Positions 61,811-64,000 of a stretch of DNA of 64,000 nt are shown in pieces. Each line of letters starts with the position of its first letter. Positions within the stretch are counted from its first letter, which is position 1. The translations under genes were made by a program, and so were the position numbers. Source of the stretch: Saccostrea cucullata. Its lineage: Eukaryota. Below the pieces are notes generated by a model. It searched no databases. It was not told the DNA's origin and saw only the letters and a list, made by a program, of their open reading frames with translations. The stretch lies in contig NW_026937503.1 of assembly GCF_032062105.1 (NCBI RefSeq), forward strand, positions 1 through 64,000. Direction: 5' to 3'.

Positions 61811-63757
61811 ATGGCGCGACGTTTCAGGCGTCTAGATAAACAGAAGAAAAGTGTATTAAGAGCGTCTAATGCATTTGCTCATAAACAACGTATTCACAGA
61901 GCAGGCGTAATAAATGCAAAAAAATTTGTTCTTAATTTATCCTCATGTGGTCTTCAAGATAACGAATACATACTGCTAGCCAAAGGACTTAAATTCATCC
62001 CGTCACCACAAAGCAGCAATGTCAAAAGGTTTCTTTTTAAGGATTTTGACGAATTTGCTAGAAAACTCAGATGCAAATTCTTCTTTGATATCGGTGAAAA
62101 TAATAAACTTCATCCCTTCAGAACATCTACTGGTTATAAACCCGATCAGGCATGCGGTGCTCTTGAAAATTATATTGACAAAACCAAATTAGAATTATCA
62201 TCTATGCCAATAAAACAATATCGGGATAATTTAACTAACCAGGAAAGGGCGGCATTGGTCTCATTAAAAAACAATCGCCATATTGTAATCAAAAAAGCTG
62301 ATAAAAGTAACACTGTGGTCATCATGGACAGAGATAAATATGTCACTGAAGCTTTACGTCAACTTGAATCAAAACACTACCTTGAAGTTGAAAAACCTGA
62401 TTTGTCACATTTACGTAATACCATACAAGAAAAAATATCTGATATGTTTATTGGAGGAGCTTTAGACAAAGAAACATATCGTTATCTAAGTGATAGCGAT
62501 TCGTCCCTTAAATGCGGACATTTATACTTGCTCCCTAAAATACACAAGATCAAAGATAAAATCATGACTGCCCTTATGAACGGCACTTGCAGCCTCAGAC
62601 GGCTACCACCTGGGCGACCAATTATTTCACAATGCGATACACCAACACATAGGATTGGTGCTTACTGTGATTATTTTCTTATCCCGATTGTTCAAAAACA
62701 ATCGACGTACATAAAGGATACTACGGATTTCATCAATAAAATCGAAGCCTTATGCTTACCATCGCAAATCATACTGATCACTTATGATGTTACAAGTATG
62801 TATACTAACATGGAGTTTGATGAATTATTAAGCGCTGTTGAAGAGGCCTACCGAAATAACAAACGAGATTTATCAGATCTGCCTTATCCCGAGGTCTCAG
62901 ATCTCCTCTTTCTTCTAAAGTGCATACTTGAAAATAATTATTTTGAGTTTAATGGAAAATATTACAAACAAATAATCGGTTGCGCAATGGGTTCAACTGT
63001 TTCCCCTGAGGTATCTGATATAAGAATGTTCCAGATAACTCAATCAATCATGGCGCAATTTCAATATGCCAATAAAGTCTTGTTTCACGGCAGATTTAGA
63101 GATGATGGTTTTATTATTTTCAACGGGTCTGAGAATGAGATTCTTGATTTCTTTCAAATTGGCAATCAATGCCACCCGCATTTGAAATTCACTTTTGAAA
63201 TCTCAATTGACTCTGTGAATTTTTTAGACACAACAGTGTACAAAGGAAGAAAATTCCAAGAATCCAACAAACTAGATATTAAGTCGTACATTAAACCAAC
63301 AAATAATTTTCAATATCTACACAGAGAAAGCTCTCACAACCCAGCAGTATTCAAAGGTTTCATTAAGGGAGAATGCATTAGACATATGAGAAATACCAAT
63401 GACAATGCAACCCTCAGCACAATCCTACAAGACTTCAAGAAACACTTGTCAAAGAGAGGCTACTCTGATACAGAAATAGACCCTATTATCACAGACGTAA
63501 CTGGAACGGACAGAAATAAGATGCTAAACAAAAACAACAGTGAATCTAAACTCTGCAATCCATTAGTTATGATTACAAAATATAATCCGAGAATCAAAGG
63601 ATTAAAAAGACGCATCTTAAAATATTGGAATGAAATGAAAACAGACACAAGATGCAAAGAAATATTTACATCGGAACCAGTTGTAGCTTATAGCAAGCAC
63701 AAAAGCATAGGAGATATGATTATAAGATCACGTTTACCACAAGAATACAACTGCTAA
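61811..63757 (+). CDS. PLE reverse transcriptase without GIY-YIG domain (family B, copy 2, 648 aa)
   Basis: Five amino-acid differences from 57841-59787. Confidence 0.95.
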   Translation: MARRFRRLDKQKKSVLRASNAFAHKQRIHRAGVINAKKFVLNLSSCGLQDNEYILLAKGLKFIPSPQSSNVKRFLFKDFDEFARKLRCKFFFDIGENNKLHPFRTSTGYKPDQACGALENYIDKTKLELSSMPIKQYRDNLTNQERAALVSLKNNRHIVIKKADKSNTVVIMDRDKYVTEALRQLESKHYLEVEKPDLSHLRNTIQEKISDMFIGGALDKETYRYLSDSDSSLKCGHLYLLPKIHKIKDKIMTALMNGTCSLRRLPPGRPIISQCDTPTHRIGAYCDYFLIPIVQKQSTYIKDTTDFINKIEALCLPSQIILITYDVTSMYTNMEFDELLSAVEEAYRNNKRDLSDLPYPEVSDLLFLLKCILENNYFEFNGKYYKQIIGCAMGSTVSPEVSDIRMFQITQSIMAQFQYANKVLFHGRFRDDGFIIFNGSENEILDFFQIGNQCHPHLKFTFEISIDSVNFLDTTVYKGRKFQESNKLDIKSYIKPTNNFQYLHRESSHNPAVFKGFIKGECIRHMRNTNDNATLSTILQDFKKHLSKRGYSDTEIDPIITDVTGTDRNKMLNKNNSESKLCNPLVMITKYNPRIKGLKRRILKYWNEMKTDTRCKEIFTSEPVVAYSKHKSIGDMIIRSRLPQEYNC

Positions 63758-63760
63758 GGT

Positions 63761-63900
63761 GGACCCCTGATGAGGCGGGCCTTAGGGCATATAGCCGTTT
63801 TTTTAAAAAACCGCCGAAACACTCTTTACTATATAATGATGTATGAATCAAAATTAAAATTAAAAAAATGTCACAAAGTTTGGTTAAGAGTGTCGGGTCC
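63761..63900 (+). ncRNA. Type I hammerhead ribozyme (family B, copy 2)
   Basis: Identical to 59791-59930. Confidence 0.9.
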
Positions 63901-63949
63901 TAATAAATTTCATGAACAGTTTGGCTGATTGATGTCCTTTTTCTCACAC

Positions 63950-63990
63950 CTCTTTCGAAAAAAGCATTTTCCTCGGATGAGACCTTATAC
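63950..63990 (+). repeat. Right copy of ~41-bp target-site duplication
   Basis: Identical to 51376-51416; followed by actgaggtcc, which matches the continuation of the empty site (actgacgtcc at 20618). Confidence 0.92.
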
Positions 63991-64000
63991 ACTGAGGTCC

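Larger units (their letters stand above)
57218..63950 (+). mobile_element. Endonuclease-less two-ORF Penelope-like element, family B; ~1.7 tandem units of ~3970 bp (57218-59980 ~ 61191-63950)
   Basis: Two near-identical RT ORFs, each followed by a hammerhead, with ORF1 between them. Confidence 0.9.

Noticed and set aside
57841-63757. RTs as telomerase, retron, group II intron or DGR enzymes
   Set aside because: Motifs (KGLKFIP, ADK, PKIHK, RPIIS, HP..RGY), pseudo-LTR tandems and hammerheads are PLE hallmarks; no TERT T-motif and no bacterial context
57218-63950. Family B tandem as a pure assembly duplication
   Set aside because: The units differ by clustered substitutions and an indel, partial tandems are normal for PLEs, and the array is closed by a TSD; long-read confirmation is still desirable

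Overview
This is AT-rich, intron-containing and repeat-dense animal DNA, very probably from an oyster: it carries a 166-bp Cg170/HindIII-type satellite inside a HINE element, Nin/Deu-domain SINEs and abundant Naiad retroelements. Positions 1-51 kb look like an old ~30-32 kb tandem segmental duplication. Each half holds a spliced PLAAT/LRAT-like (NCEHF) gene on +, a decayed GON-domain gene on -, and a mariner-derived element. Scattered through this are Naiad and Neptune-like Penelope fragments, Tc1/mariner elements (one with an intact DD34E ORF), HINEs, SINEs and an RTE tail. The outstanding feature is a young ~12.5 kb insertion (51417-63950) flanked by a perfect ~41-bp target-site duplication, and an uninterrupted paralogous empty site is present at 20577-20630. 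The insertion consists of two different Penelope-like retroelement families fused head-to-head through a 3-nt microhomology. Both families lack the GIY-YIG endonuclease, have a separate coiled-coil/basic ORF1, an intact ~650-aa RT with (Y/F)RDD, a partial-tandem structure, and a complete type I hammerhead ribozyme in each repeat. The geometry fits two endonuclease-less RT events, each extending one 3' overhang of an interstitial break. All calls are by eye; no database searches or alignments were run.
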